Source: Mytilus trossulus (Eukaryota). Taken from it: DNA of 64,000 nucleotides. Below the pieces are notes generated by a model. The model worked only from the letters and a program-made list of their open reading frames with translations, searched no databases and was not told the DNA's origin. Numbering within the stretch: position 1 is the first letter of the stretch; each line of letters opens with the position of its first letter. Below are positions 35,591 through 49,900 of the stretch, one piece after another. The stretch covers positions 35,650,001 to 35,714,000 of the forward strand of contig NC_086379.1 of NCBI RefSeq assembly GCF_036588685.1. Reading direction: 5' to 3'. A program made the translations under genes and the position numbers.

Positions 35591-36885
35591 TTTTTAGCTC
35601 ACCTGGCCCAAAGGGCCAAGTGAGCTTTTCCCATCACTTTGCGTCCGTTGTCCGTCCTCGACCGTCGTCCGTCGTCATTGTTAATTTTTGCAAAAATCTT
35701 CTCCTCTGAAACTACTGGGCCAAATTGAACCAAACTTGGCCATAATCATTATTAGGGTATCTAGTTTAAAAAATGTGTGGCGTGACCTGGTCAACCAACC
35801 AAGATGGCCGCCACAGTTAAAAATAGAACATAGCGGTAAAATGCAGTTTTTGGCTTATAACTCAAAAACCAAAGCATTTAGAGGAAATCTGACATGGGGT
35901 AAAAATGTTTATCAGGTCAAGATCTATCTGTCCTGAAATTTTCAGATGAATTGGCCAACCAGTTGTTGGGTTGCTGCCCCTGAATTGGTAAAATTTTGCT
36001 GTTTTTGGTTATTATCTTGAATATTGTTATAGTTAGAGATAAACTGTAAACAGCAATTATGTTCAGCAAAGTAAGATTTACAAATAAGTCAGCATGACTG
36101 AAATGGTCAGTTGACCCCTTTAGGAGTTATTGCCCTTTATAGTCAATTTTTAACCATTTTTTCGTAAATCTTAGCTATCTTTTACAAAAATCTTCTCCTC
36201 TGAAACTACTGGGTTAAATTCAATCAAACTTGGCCACAATTATTATTGGGGTATTTAGTTTAAAAAGTGTGTCCGGTGACCCAGTCCACCAACCAAGATG
36301 GCCGCCACGGCCGAAAATAGAACATAGGGGTAAAATGCAGCTTTTGGCTTATAATTCAAAAACCAAAACATTTAGAGCAATTCTGACATGGTGTGAAATT
36401 GTTTATCTGATCAAGATCTATCTGCCCTCTAATTTTCAGATGAATCTGACAACCCATTGTTGGGTTACTGCCCCTGAATCGGTAATTTAAAGGAAATTTT
36501 GCTGTTTTTGGTTATTATCTCAAATATTATTATAGATAGAGATAAACTGTAAACAGCAATTATGTTCAGCAAAGTAAGATTTACAAATAAGTCAACATGA
36601 CTGAAATGGTCAATTGACCCCCTAAGGAGTTATTGTCCTTTATAGTCAATTTTTAACAATTTTCATCAAATTTGTAAATTTTTATTAACATTTTCCACTG
36701 AAACTACTGGGCCAAGTTCATAATAGATAGAGATAAATGTAAGCAGCAAGACTGTTTAGTAAAGTAAGATTTACAAACACATCACCATCACCAAAACACA
36801 ATTTTGTCATGAATCCATCTGCTTCCTTTGTTTAATATTCACATAGACCAAGGTGAGCGACACAGGCTCTTTAGAGCCTCTAGTT
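35591..36885 (+). mobile_element. Helentron/HINE (Pearl/CvA-like) non-autonomous element with ~490-bp internal tandem units
   Basis: 5' tttttagctcacctggcccaaagggccaagtgagc; GTCC/GTC microsatellite; units starting aaaatcttctcctctgaaactactggg at about 35693 and 36187; 3' aggtgagc plus hairpin gaggctct/agagcctc (aggctctttagagcct). Confidence 0.85.
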
Positions 36886-37109
36886 ATATACTGCAACTGT
36901 CCTATTTGATCAGTCAAATTGGATTGACTATATTATATGTGATATACAGTTACTGACCGTATATCATCTTGTTTAAGACTTTGACAATGCGTTTCTGTAG
37001 AGTTTTATTTATGACATCAATAAAACATACAAGTTTTCGCAGAAAATTAAAAAATGATTGTTTTTACCCAAAACATTTCATTTAGAAAACTTATAAGAGT
37101 TGCAGTTTA

Positions 37110-37262
37110 TAAAGAATAACCATACATTGTCTCGAAATATCAATCAGTTATTTGAACTCGGCTTGAAACTGGTAGAAATGCTCTGCACAGCCTCGCTTTC
37201 TACCTGTTTCTAAGCCTCGTACAAATTACATTGATATTTAAGACAATATATGATTATTCTAT
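37110..37262. repeat. Imperfect long inverted repeat (fold-back element)
   Basis: agaataaccatacattgtctcgaaatatcaat...ggcttgaaactggtagaaa pairs with tttctacctgtttctaagcc...attgatatttaagacaatatatgattattct. Confidence 0.65.
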
Positions 37263-37649
37263 ATATATATAAACTTGTCCTTAAACAGTGACATGATTCC
37301 CTTAGTTAAACATTGATATTACCATCTACAGATGAAAGGTATTAAGAGTTTGGATCAAATGCTTACTAAATATTTATACAGAATTTACATGAAAATTATT
37401 TTTTAGCAAGAAGTTTAGGCTAGATTTAAAAATTATATATTTTAGTATAAAATGTTTGTTTGTTTGTTTTGATAAAAATGTGCAATTTTGAAATGCTGCC
37501 TTAGTAGTTAAAACTGTTTGACTGTTTCAACCATGCATTTAATTTAAATTTTAGTCATTCCTATTAATAGTTGACAATTGTATGCTTTTTGTTATTAGCT
37601 CCAATTCAAATGCACTTATATTGTAAATATTAAGGATTGTATATGTTAA

Positions 37650-37906
37650 GGTGGTACCAAACATCTGGATTAAAATTATTTTGGCTCGTTTCATCTTCAT
37701 AAATTTTGACCCTTTGACAACAATATAAAAATTTCAACAAACTTGAACCAATCACTCAAGAAATTTTTTCATTGAATATATAGCAGTTTGACAAACTCTA
37801 ATTTTGATCTGACATTGAGAAGCTCAATATTTCCTTAACAATACAACATGATTCAAATGTTTACCTGATTTTACAGAGTTATCTCCCTGTAGTTTTAGGT
37901 ACCAAC
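37650..37906. mobile_element. Short non-autonomous TIR element with TTAA TSD (Kolobok-like)
   Basis: TTAA|GGTGGTACCAAACA ... TTTTAGGTACCAAC|TTAA. Confidence 0.7.
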
Positions 37907-39167
37907 TTAAATACATTTTAATATATACATTTAAATTATATATTTAGCAACACTATTTTATTGCTTGCACATGACATTTTTTTACCAATGATTCCTAGCC
38001 ATAGACCAATTTTGAGTTCTTTTTTTGTGAATTAGTTTTTCTGATTGACAATAGGTCAGTTGGCATAATTGAACATTTATCTCTAGCTGTGAAATAATAA
38101 GAGATGAATAATTTGACATACGAAATGTGTTAAGAACATACTTGAATATGAAAGTTGTCTCTAAGACCTAAATCGCAGAATGGTAAAAAAGATATGTGAG
38201 CTTGTGGAAGAATCACACCATTACTAATGGTGTGATTCTGAATTTACAACTAAAAAACACTTTTATAATATAAAACGAAAATGTAAAAAATATTTATACA
38301 ATGAAATGAAAAATATCTAAGATATTATTTTAATATTTTCTATTTTAATATCTGATCTCTTAGTACACATGGTACAAGTACAGGACAATCATATATTATA
38401 GTTTCAAATATTGTATTCTAGCTTCTGACATTGTATTCTAGTTTCAAATATTGTATTCTTGTTTTGATTATATTGTATTCTAGTTTCAATATGTCTGCAA
38501 CCCTTATATTAGATATTTTTATAAAAAGAGATTGTTACACAGGGCATTTTTTTGGAATAGTAAAAGATTATTTTTCCTTATATATGTACTATTTGTGATG
38601 TTGCTGTATGAAATCCTCTATGCAGTACTGCAGCTGATAGTTGAATGTAAGCATGCATATTTATACTGTTTACATAGAAATATTTATCGTCTTTTATAAG
38701 ACAGTATATTCTAGTCTTATTTTGTATTTATCTTTTAGTTGGATGCTCACCTCAAGTTTTGGAGATCTTTGGTTCAATTTCCAGCAGGGGTTTTCCAAAA
38801 ACTTTTATTTGCTGCTTATCTGCTAAGCTTTTTGTGTTCTAGGATTAACAGTAAAGAATGAGTAGAGTTTGGTTTACAAATCTTCTCGTCACTTTCTGAG
38901 CTTTAATGTGAAAAATATTCAACCCAGCATATCATTTTTTTACAAAACAGGGGTCAAACTCATATCACATGTTGGAAAGATAACTCTCTTATCCATCCAC
39001 CCATTACAATGAATGTTGTGTATATTGCCTTAAGTCTTCTACTAAGGTAAAAAGTAAATTAGAATTTTGCAGTAAAGAATAAACCATTTTATTTGCCTGC
39101 AAAATATAATTTCTTGACTGAGACTGACAGTTTTGAATATTTCTGGATTCCTTCATAAGTAGTAATT

Positions 39168-39420
39168 ATAGATTATCGTTGATCATCTCAACGAGATTGA
39201 TTTTCTCGCTTGAGCTGGTACAGCCAAAGTGAGAAAAGCAATCGAGTTGAGATGACCAATGATAATCTGTTTATCGCTATTTTACCTATGACGACGTTGT
39301 CAATTTCAATGTCAATTTCGTTAGTAACGCCACATGGCTTCCTTAGTTTCTAGCGAGAAGCATGATATGAAAATTATCACAAAAAAAGATCAAAGGAAAA
39401 ATGCACAAAATAGCGATAAT
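39168..39420. repeat. Palindromic-ended interspersed repeat; an inverted partial copy lies at about 54425-54515
   Basis: gattatcgttgatcatctcaacg..ttttctcgct...gtgagaaaagcaatcgagttgagatgaccaatgataatc; related sequence at 54425-54515. Confidence 0.65.
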
Positions 39421-40942
39421 GTTTGTTATATACATGTAATAGTATAGACCAACCTTACGCCAGATCCTTAAGGGTAGAAGATCCTTAAACACCCAAGCCA
39501 TTGCCATCTGACATTATATCCAAACACTGACAAAAAACATCAAATTCAAATTGATTAATGGAATCCAGGCCTTAATTGTTGTAGAAAATGTATAGGGTTG
39601 TTTCATTTTACAAAATATATGTGCAGTTATATGTATACATTAAATGTATGTATGTTTTTCTTAGTGTGTGATCTGTTTCTGATTGCAATATTGTAAGCAA
39701 AACATTCCAATATTTTTTATAATATTATCTTTTTTAACCTGACAAATTTTAAAATGCTTAAATGCTTATGATGCTTGCATTGTGATACTTAAGCTCTTTT
39801 CTTACCTTGTACCAATATATATGAATATTTTTTATGGTTGTGTTGATTATGTATATTTATAATTTTGTGCAGTTTATATGATATATGATATAAAATGTCA
39901 AATGATGTATTTAATACAAAATGTCAAATGATGTATTTAATACAAAATCAATTTATATATAGTTGTTGAGTCTTTTTATATGAAAATGTATTCTTTTTTA
40001 AACTATTATCAAGATAATCAGAATTTAAAATGAATTGAGGATAAAAACAATAAAAGAGACAGAAAACACCGAAGAGTCTGTCAAAAATGATTGGTCAGAA
40101 AAAAACCAACACAGTAGTGTTACAAGTAAACACAAAAACAGATGTTCACCAGGCCTTGAAGGCATAACACTTTGCTCAGTCCTCTACTCTAAGCATAAAA
40201 ATCATCTTGGAAACATGAAATCCAGCAATTTGATTGGTTGATTTCGATTCTGAGTACAAAAATCATGCTAGAAAGTTTTATTACCATGAGGGCAGACAGG
40301 TTTAAATTTTACTTGATATCCACCTCATTTCAAGGATAAGTGATCAAGGTTGAAGTTTCATGATTATGTATATTTCTCAGATACTGTAAGCTGTGTGTCT
40401 TCTATATTTGGTGTATGGAATGATTGCAAGATGTACATGTCAGTCCAGAAGGTTTCATCTGACCTTGCACTTAATTTATATGCATGGTTCATTGGTCAAT
40501 ACTAAGTTTGTGTTTTTGTCCATTTAACTAACACTATAAGCAAAAGGTAATTATAATACTTAATATTATACCTTGCATATTATTTGATAAGCAATTATAT
40601 TGGATGATACAGTATCATTTGACATGGAATAATTGAAGAACACATCACCTTAAGAATGTTATTTAATTTCTTACATCATTGTTACATTGAATCACCAGTG
40701 TAATGATAATGATATGAAGTCATATAATCGTTGTGTTGTTTTAGAAATATTCTAACTCTCTTTTTGTCAAGAAACATATGCATATATATTTGTACGTTCA
40801 TTTAAAAGATTTTCAGTAACATTTCTAATTGACATTATATGTATACATAGATATTTGAACTGTAAAACTGAGTTTCACCAAAAACTTATTTATAAATAAA
40901 AAATAAATTCTTTCACAAATGCAATAAAACAATTTTTTTTTG

Positions 40943-43900
40943 TTAATATCCTTTTGCAATGAGCTCGGTGATTGTTGCCACTAAAGGGTTATAATCTTTT
41001 GCATTTCCTGCTGATAGTTGTCCCGATTCAAATATTTTCCACCTTCCATAAGATTTAGAAACCGAACACATGATAACAGCTTGTGAATTACCAGCATCGG
41101 AAAAAGAAGTTTTACATAGATTATTTTGACGATTCGATGCTTTAAAAAACTTTAAACTTGGATTTGGATACTTTGAAATGCTTGGAGAGTTCCATGCACT
41201 TAATGTAAAAAACAAATGTGTTACATCATGTGGAATTTTACTGATATGAACGTCAATAGTATGATGGCCAGTTTTGTTTGCATAATCATTTCGGTCACCT
41301 GAATGTTCAACACCAGCTTCAGAGATTTTTTTTCTGTAATCAATTGTTTGGTAATGGTCAGGACCACAGAACATCAAGCAGGAAGCATCAAGAAAATCAA
41401 GCTGATATTCCTTGTTTCCTAAACCAAAAAACGACAACAAACTGCTGGTTTCCTTCATTGGAAATCCCCAATACAGATCGAAAACGACATGATCGAAATA
41501 TTCTGGAATGGCATAGAGGCATACAACCAGGCAAATCTTCGAATTCGATGTCACTCCAAAACTTGACAGTTGAGCTTCCTCATTCTGAAAAATAAAATAA
41601 AACGTGTAGATAAGACAAACTTGATTAACCATACTTTGCTTTAGAATTAGAGGCTCTCAAGATCCTGTTTCGCCCACCTTGGTCTATTTGCATATTAAAC
41701 AATGGACACAGATAAATTCATGACAAAATTGTGTTTTGTGATGGTGATGTGTTTTAGATCTTTCTATACTGAACATTCTTGTTGCTACAATTATCTCTAT
41801 CTATAACGAACTTTGCCCAGTAATAAAAGTTGAAAATATTTCTTAAAAAATTTACAAAGATATACAAAAATTGATGAAAACTTAAAAATTGACCTAAAAG
41901 GGCAAACACTCTTTAAAGAGTCAATTGACAATTTTGGTCATGTTGACTTATTTGTAGATCTTATTTTGTTGAACATTATTGCTGTTTACAGTTTATCTTT
42001 ATCTATAATAACATTCAAGATAATAACCAAAATTTCCTTAAAATTTCTAATTTGGGGGGCAGCAACCCAACAACTAGTTGTCAGATTTGTCTGAAAATGT
42101 CAGGTCAGATAGTAATAAACAATTTTACCCCTCGTCAGATTTGCTCGTAATGCTTTTGTTTCAAAGATATAAGCCAAAATCTACATTTCATCCCATGTAC
42201 TATTTTTAGCAATGGGGGCCATCTTGGTTGATTGGCCGGGTCACTCCACACATTTTTTAAACTAGATACCCCAATGATGATTGTGGCCAAGTTTGGGTTA
42301 ATATAGCCTAGTAGTTTCAGAGGAGATTTTTTTTAAAAGAATACTAAAATTTTAAAAAAATGGTTAAAACTTGACTATAAATGGCAAAAACTCCTTCAGG
42401 GGTCAACTGTCAATTTTAGTAATGTGAACATTATTACTGTTTACAGTTTATCTCTATCTTAATAACATTCAAGATAATAACCAAAATCTGCAATATTTCC
42501 TTAAAATTACTAATTTGGGGGCAGCAACCCACCAACGGGTTCTCAGATTTGTCTGAAAATTTCAGGGCAGCTAGATCTTGACCTAAGTAACAAATTTTCC
42601 CCATGTCAGATTTTCTCTTAATGCTTTGGTTTCAGAGTTAAAGGCCAAAATCTACATTTTACCCCTATGTTCTATTTTTAGCCATGGCGGCCATCTTGGT
42701 TCGTTGGCCGGGTCACGCCACACATTTTTTAAAACTAGATACCGTATAGCGGGTTATTTTCGCGGGTGTAAAATTTCGCGTTTTTCATTGAATAAGGTAT
42801 ACGAAAAATTTTGGCGGTTATTATTTTGGCGGACTCAACATTTTTAACATTACCTTTGCATGTACACTTTAATATTGGCGGAATTTATTTTGGCGATTTT
42901 GTTCTATCCGCGAAAATAAGCGAAAATTTACACCCCGCGAAAATAACCCGCTATACGGTATTCCAATGATGATTGGACAATATGACAAATTAAATGAAAT
43001 ATAGGGGGAGACCCTGGTGTCATCCCGTCCCTCCTGTTTGAGAACTTAAAAACAGTCGAGATCCCCACCCCTAAACCATATATATCTGCATGTATGGGAC
43101 AATAAAAAAAAATATAGGGGTTGTCCTAGGGTTACACCCCCCTCCTGTGTGTGTTCGAGAACTAAACCATATTTATTGAATTTCCTGTTCGTCATTTCAA
43201 AAAGATTTTAATGACCTACAAGTTCATTCTCCTAGGCCTCGCATATACATGTCACAATATGTACTAGACTTTGTCCGATATCAGGCGACCATGGGAATGA
43301 ATAATTATGGGAGCTTTGTTTGGGAGACTATGTAACAGCATCTTGTAACAATTATTTCATGTTTATTATACAATTTTATTGATGCAAAAAATGAGTAGGT
43401 TCATGGCTCATTTTAAAGAAAATATATAAACCTTCCAAGCCCAAGAATGTTTGACCAACTGTTTTATAATCACCTGTCATTTCATTCCAAATTTAGGACT
43501 TAGGGTGAATGTGAGGGTAATTTACATTTACTATGGGCAGGTAAGTCAGACCTCACCTTTGATCCCTATAGTAGTAAACATTTGTCTAATTTGTGTCTCA
43601 TTACTTTTGTACTGTAGAACACACACGCAGTTTTCTTTCCAGAGAAGGCAGTCCATTCATACTATTACAAGCTCGTACTATGTCAACTTGTACTACTAAC
43701 AGTCAAATAAAACCAACGTTATAACTACCAACTAGAACAACTGCAATCATGCGAACCTATACCAATGCAGACTCACCATTAACAATATATATTGATATAT
43801 GCGCTGCTTTTGAAAACCTTGATAAAATATAAACTATTTGCCTTAAGAATTAATTCATTAAATAAACATAAATGTACAATATATGAATGTTCAATGTTTG

Positions 43901-46900
43901 TTCTTTTAAATCATTAAACAAAATTGAAGCAATATTGCCACAGTTTTTATTATTACGTTTGCATTGGTTTTTGGTTAACTGCCTACAGCGCTTACAGTGC
44001 TTTGGTTTGGTTGATAAAAACAAATAGTGTAATAAATAAAATTTGGAATGAATTTTTTTTTTAAATTTGCTGAAATTTTTGTACCCTCGAGACTCCTTAA
44101 ATTTCTTCGTATAGTTGGGACCGTTATTAATTTTTTGCAAGTGACAAGCTGTTATTTCATATATTCACTAAGTGTCACCTAACGTTGTAACAAACTAAAA
44201 CAAATAGGGGAAGTCAGGAAATCAAGGACGGACGATGGTGGACGGAAAGTCAAACATTCGAACGGTTAATGATGACAAATTGCCTAAAATGAGTAATATA
44301 GAATACTTCTAATAATAATGTAGCAACGTAGGTACAATAACGAGAATAATTAAATTAACACTGATTATTGTTTTAAATGTTCATATTGAACTCTATGCTG
44401 TTCTAAACTGTGATCGACAAAGCAAATAGCAATATAAGACAACACATATATTTTGAAGAAAGTTATTAATTTGAAAAAAATCTTTTAAATTTGCCGAGTT
44501 TTCTGTACAAATTACACCTAAAATAAAGAATTAATTATTAATTTTATTTATTTACCTGCATGTCTTTTCCCTCAAACACAAGTTTCTGTTTATTTTGTTC
44601 GTGACCCAGACGTTCTTTTATTATATCTTTCAACTGATTAATGGTCATGGACTGGGATAATGGAATTCTGATGGATTCCCCAGTCAGGTCTGTGATAATA
44701 ACATGCTCATCCTCACCAGATGCGCTGTGGTCTTTTTGTTGATAGGAAGCCTCGTATACTGTAAACATTTGGGAAAGAATCTTCTCAAACAATGCAACAC
44801 TATCAGATTCTGTTTCAATGTCTACAGCACATTTAGGGTAAGGGCATTTTCCATTTTTTGTTGCATTGTCAACCAAACACTGAAAGAAAGAAATGTCTCT
44901 TAGTTTGATAGTAAGAAAACTCATGTATTTGTCCAGATAACAATAAATTACGGAAATAGTTAATACAGTAAATGCAATAGAAAGGCACCGAACTAGGCAG
45001 TTAAAGTCGCTTGTCCTTATTCAACATAAATAGAATAATATTCACCATGTCTTAAAACAGAAAAGAGATGGATACACTGCAATCACAATGTACGAAATAT
45101 TTATTGCCACTGGGAGTTGGACAAAAACAAAATCATGTATCATGAAAAAGTTGACGTCTTTCCCTCGCTCTGTAACACTGTAAATGCAAGGAAATGTTTT
45201 CTGCAGTCCGATAAATTCAAATAAAATTGAGAATGGAAATGGGAATGTGACAAAGAGACAACAACCCGACCATATAGCAGACAATAAAACTTGTTTATGT
45301 ATATATATGTAGGACTCTAAAATGCGATGGGGACGCTAAAGTACGATGGTCACGCTAAAGTGCGATGGTCTACGCTAAAGTGCGATGCCAACACACGCTA
45401 AAGTGCGATGCCAACACACGCTAAAGTGCGATGCCAACACACGCTAAAGTGCGATGGTTCGCGAAAACTATCGACGCAAAAAGCGTACTGACGTTACGCA
45501 CGATGGTGCGTCGCAAGACGTAAAATATATAATTGACAAATTTGACGCCATATACTAACTTTGACATTTTGTTATCAAGAGCGGAGTACCTATACTCGAT
45601 CAACTTTTATCAAGTAAATACCATAAGCTGGAGAAATGTTTCAAAATTTATCACTTATAAGGCAATTGATTACGTAAGGATCGATTTTTGAAAGATTAGA
45701 ACTTGTTCTAAATCTTTACTAAGGCACTGGCCTCCCTAACAACATGATAGGGTAGCTACTGTTACTAAATGTATTCACACTGAAATGTAGTTCCCTATAT
45801 TTCTCATGTATGTGCACATAATACACATATAAACTGAAAAAAATGGTATATTTTTGGAGTAGTTCATCCAAGAATGTATGTAACTAAGATGTGTTGATGT
45901 GTAGGCTTTTTTCGATAACATTTTGATTAGGTAATTGGGTATTGATACAATACTATAATGATTGGCAACTGTCATTATCGCCAAACAATCAGAGACAAGG
46001 TGGACCTTTACTTACAATGCCCCACCCTCGGCCCCACCTCATAAACTGTTAATCAAATTGACCACATTACTTATCAACCTCAGTCTTACATAATTAGAAC
46101 CTTCAAATTACAACTTCAATATACACACATTTGACCTCATAATTGAATACACAAATGTATATATTACATGTTTGATATAAATAAGGATGATAGATTTAAT
46201 TATTGCCTATTACTTTTGATCGACAATACATAAAGTGATTCTGTAAAATTTAAAGATAAATGATCAATTTGATTAACAAGATCTTTAAAAAAAAATGAAA
46301 TATGAATATAAATATGAATTTATAAAAGCTATTCAAGTAAGGCCTATAATTTACTTGATAAATTTCCATGTTACTCAACTTTTTTTGATTTTTAGACAAA
46401 GGCAGATAACTGTAATCTTAATTATTTCCTTTCACAGTGACGTTATGGTTATTTTTAGAAAATAAACTCATGCACCATCCTCAACTTAATAATTTCTCTT
46501 GACAAATATCTTTATAAAGTGGACATACACATCATTCTAAAACCTGAATATCTGAGTTATATCTAATAAATAAAACAAGGTTTAACCCAAAACAATAATT
46601 ATCTGTAATTAATCAACAATTAAGATTAGTTCACTTATTTTTTTATCATCAGGAATTGGCTTGAAACAGTTATAAAATTTTAAAACTTTTAATTAAAATA
46701 AACCATAATGATTGTTTATTAATTTATCCCCCCATTAATCATTATGTATATTTTAGTTACTTGAATTTTTATGAAAAGTGAAAATATATTTTTGCAATCA
46801 AGAAAGAATCCAAATTTTAATAAAATAAGTTTTTTTCAAATTTGTTAACGTTGAAAAAGTACATTTTCAATGACCTTTTTTTTTTTAAAATACTTTGAAA

Positions 46901-49900
46901 ATTGACCAAAAGACACTCTGCAACTGTTAATCTTCAATGTCGTATAACCTATGTTTCAACTTACAAAATGCTCCAAAACAACATATCTAGATTATGTTTG
47001 TTGACACTTTACAGTTCTTAGCTGTTGGTCTAGATTTTATTGTCTTACAATGACAGATGTAAGCATTTACAAGGAGAATGTTTGGTTTGCAATTGTTTTG
47101 TCTTTTTAAACATGTTTAGAATAGGCAACATTATTTGGATAAGATATAAACTGCAATTTAAATATAATTGTGCAAATTAAGAGACTCATATTATTTAATT
47201 AAATGAGCTCATTTATTCTCAGAAAAGCACTTTTCCTTCTTAAGACCTGTGGTTAATGCTAATTTCAGCAATAGTGCTCTATTAATGTTCATTTTCCTCC
47301 AACATATATCAATATGAATTTTTTAAAACTACTGGACTTCTAATCTTTTCATGAGTGATTTCCATCACTTTGATTATTTTCTGATCTGTGATGAGATGAA
47401 AACAAATGCAACTGTTTCCAAATTTAATTGAGATAGAATACATTGCAATCTATAAAAAAAAATCTTGCTCCCGGAGGGACACATGAGAAATTAGATCTAG
47501 CCTTGACAATTTTTTGACAAATTTCACATAAAAATCGGTCATTCAGCAATATTTCTTTTGATAATGATTTTAGTTGAAATGATTTTTTTATTAGATTGAA
47601 ATCACTTTTGTCCAATATCTGTATGTGTCTGTGCGAGTTTTTTTACAAATACGTACTTATATAATTGTTAAAAAATTATAAGACCATTGTACCTCTGGTT
47701 CTAATCGATTTCTAATCTATAAAGGTGTTTTAGATTTGCGTGAAAACTTCTGTCCAAAAGAAATTATCCCTCGGCCCAACCCCTCTTTTCCCTGTGTCTT
47801 TAAAGGGTTTATTCTTTATGTGTGTGTGTGTTTCTCATCTGTGTGTTATTTTGATTCAGTAGACCATTTTGGAATGAATATTTCCCGGCATCATTTTAAC
47901 TGCCTAAACAGTTCGTAAATAGTGTGTATTTGTACAAAAGACGCCACTGCGCAGAAACGTCCAAATGACTTCCTTGGACATAATGGATAGACAAAGGGAA
48001 TGCTTTCCGAAAAAAATTTGAAAGGTCATAATGTTTGTGAAAACAACCGACTCATTTGTATGAACTTATAGTTTGTATCTTATAAATATGTTAGTTTTGT
48101 ATTATAAATGCTCATTTAGTATTTATACAACATGTTTCACCTAAGGAATGGACAAAAATTACGTTTGAACATTCGTTTTTTTAAGACACTTCTTGAAGAT
48201 TTTTTTTTTTTACATTGAAACTTTGAAAATGTTGATCTTTTTTAGAACTTTCTACTGAGTATTGATTAGATATGATTCGATTATTTTATAGGGATGATAA
48301 TAAAACTGAAATTTTGATAAACTTTCCTCATATTAACACATTGAGACAGGTTCCTCTCCTGAATATTTATTTAGCTGAAGGCTTGCTTCAAATTTAAGCC
48401 AATACCAAAAAAACGGGTATGATGTTAAAATTCAAATCTAGTAGGAAGCTGATATATACTAAATTTCGATTTAATGTGCAAAATTACAACGGAACATAGA
48501 CAAATGCATTTTATTTAATCTGAAATGTTACGCTGGACATGCAATTTTTAACGCAAAAGTAAGATTTGTGTGTTTAATAAAATAGATGTATGGTGCAAAA
48601 ATTTATAGAATTAACTTAAAATACAAAAAATATGTCCGGCTTTTCTATAGATATATAATATGGGTGTTGGTGATTTTAATTTGTATAGGCAAATGATTGC
48701 TGTTCTAAAATCATATAATAACGTTTTACCGTGCGTAACGTCACTATAAATAATGACGTGAACAGTCTTTTATACAGACAACAAATGAAATGCCGAAAGA
48801 TAAATGTAGAATATTTGATTAACAACTTTACAGCAAATGTCCATGACTTACTCAATTTAAACATGATAACCGTGTTTTGTCGGCTAAAGCAAATGTGGAT
48901 TTTTTTCGGTGCTTGAAGAAGGACTTTTGTCCTGCAGTCGACTATCTTACTATACATATACAAAAGTATACGCATAAGTATCCTTTATTCTGTTTCTATT
49001 TGAAGCTAACGGTTACATTGAAATCATTGTTTATGTTGCAGTTTGCTTTGCCGTTCCCGTTCAAATATTGTCAATTTTAATGAAAAATCAAGTTGGTTAA
49101 ATAAAGTTTAATTAGCAATTATTACGTGGTCGTTCTTCTTAATTTAGAACAATGATCACTTAAGTCTACCGGTAATTATAAAGCCTATCAAATATGTCAT
49201 AAAACCTTGTACTAGCTTTCGCAAAAAGACTCTTTTTTTAAAATCTGTGATCTTAAATACCTTAAGCGCGTTAACATTACCCTTTTAGTCCATCGCACTT
49301 TAGCGTGATAAACCATCGTACTTTAGCGAACAAACAGCCATCGCACTTTAGCGTGATACACCATTGTACTTAAGCATAGACCATCGCATTTTAGCGTGAC
49401 CATCGCACTTTAGAGTACCATCACACTTTAGAGTACCATCACACTTAAGAGTACCATCAAACTTTAGAGTCCTAAATATATATTTATATAGATAATTTAG
49501 TTGATCTGTAACAATAACATCTTCATGCCTTATATATCATGTACTGTAGTACGCCGCTAGATTAAAACTGACGTGGAAAGGTAACACATGGCCAGCGAAA
49601 GCTCTTTTTTTGAGAGCCCAGGTGGTCGTGTGGTCTAGCGGGACGGCTGCAGTGCAGGCGATTTGGTGTCACGATATCACATTAGCATGGGTTCGAATCC
49701 CGGCGTGGGTAGAACCAAAAATTTGCGAAAGCAAATTTACAGATCTAACATTGTTGGGTTGATGTTTAGAGGGGTTATATATATATATATATATATAAAC
49801 GAGTCTAAATTGAAAACTACGTTCATTCCTATGATTGCGTTGGATAAAAACCTCAATTTTTATACGTGTGCATGTAAAACAAATTTCGTAGAAGAGTCTA

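Noticed and set aside
49616-49711. Functional tRNA gene
   Set aside because: A and B boxes are present, but the anticodon and variable arms do not fold convincingly and there is no adjacent T-run terminator; treated as a SINE-like head.
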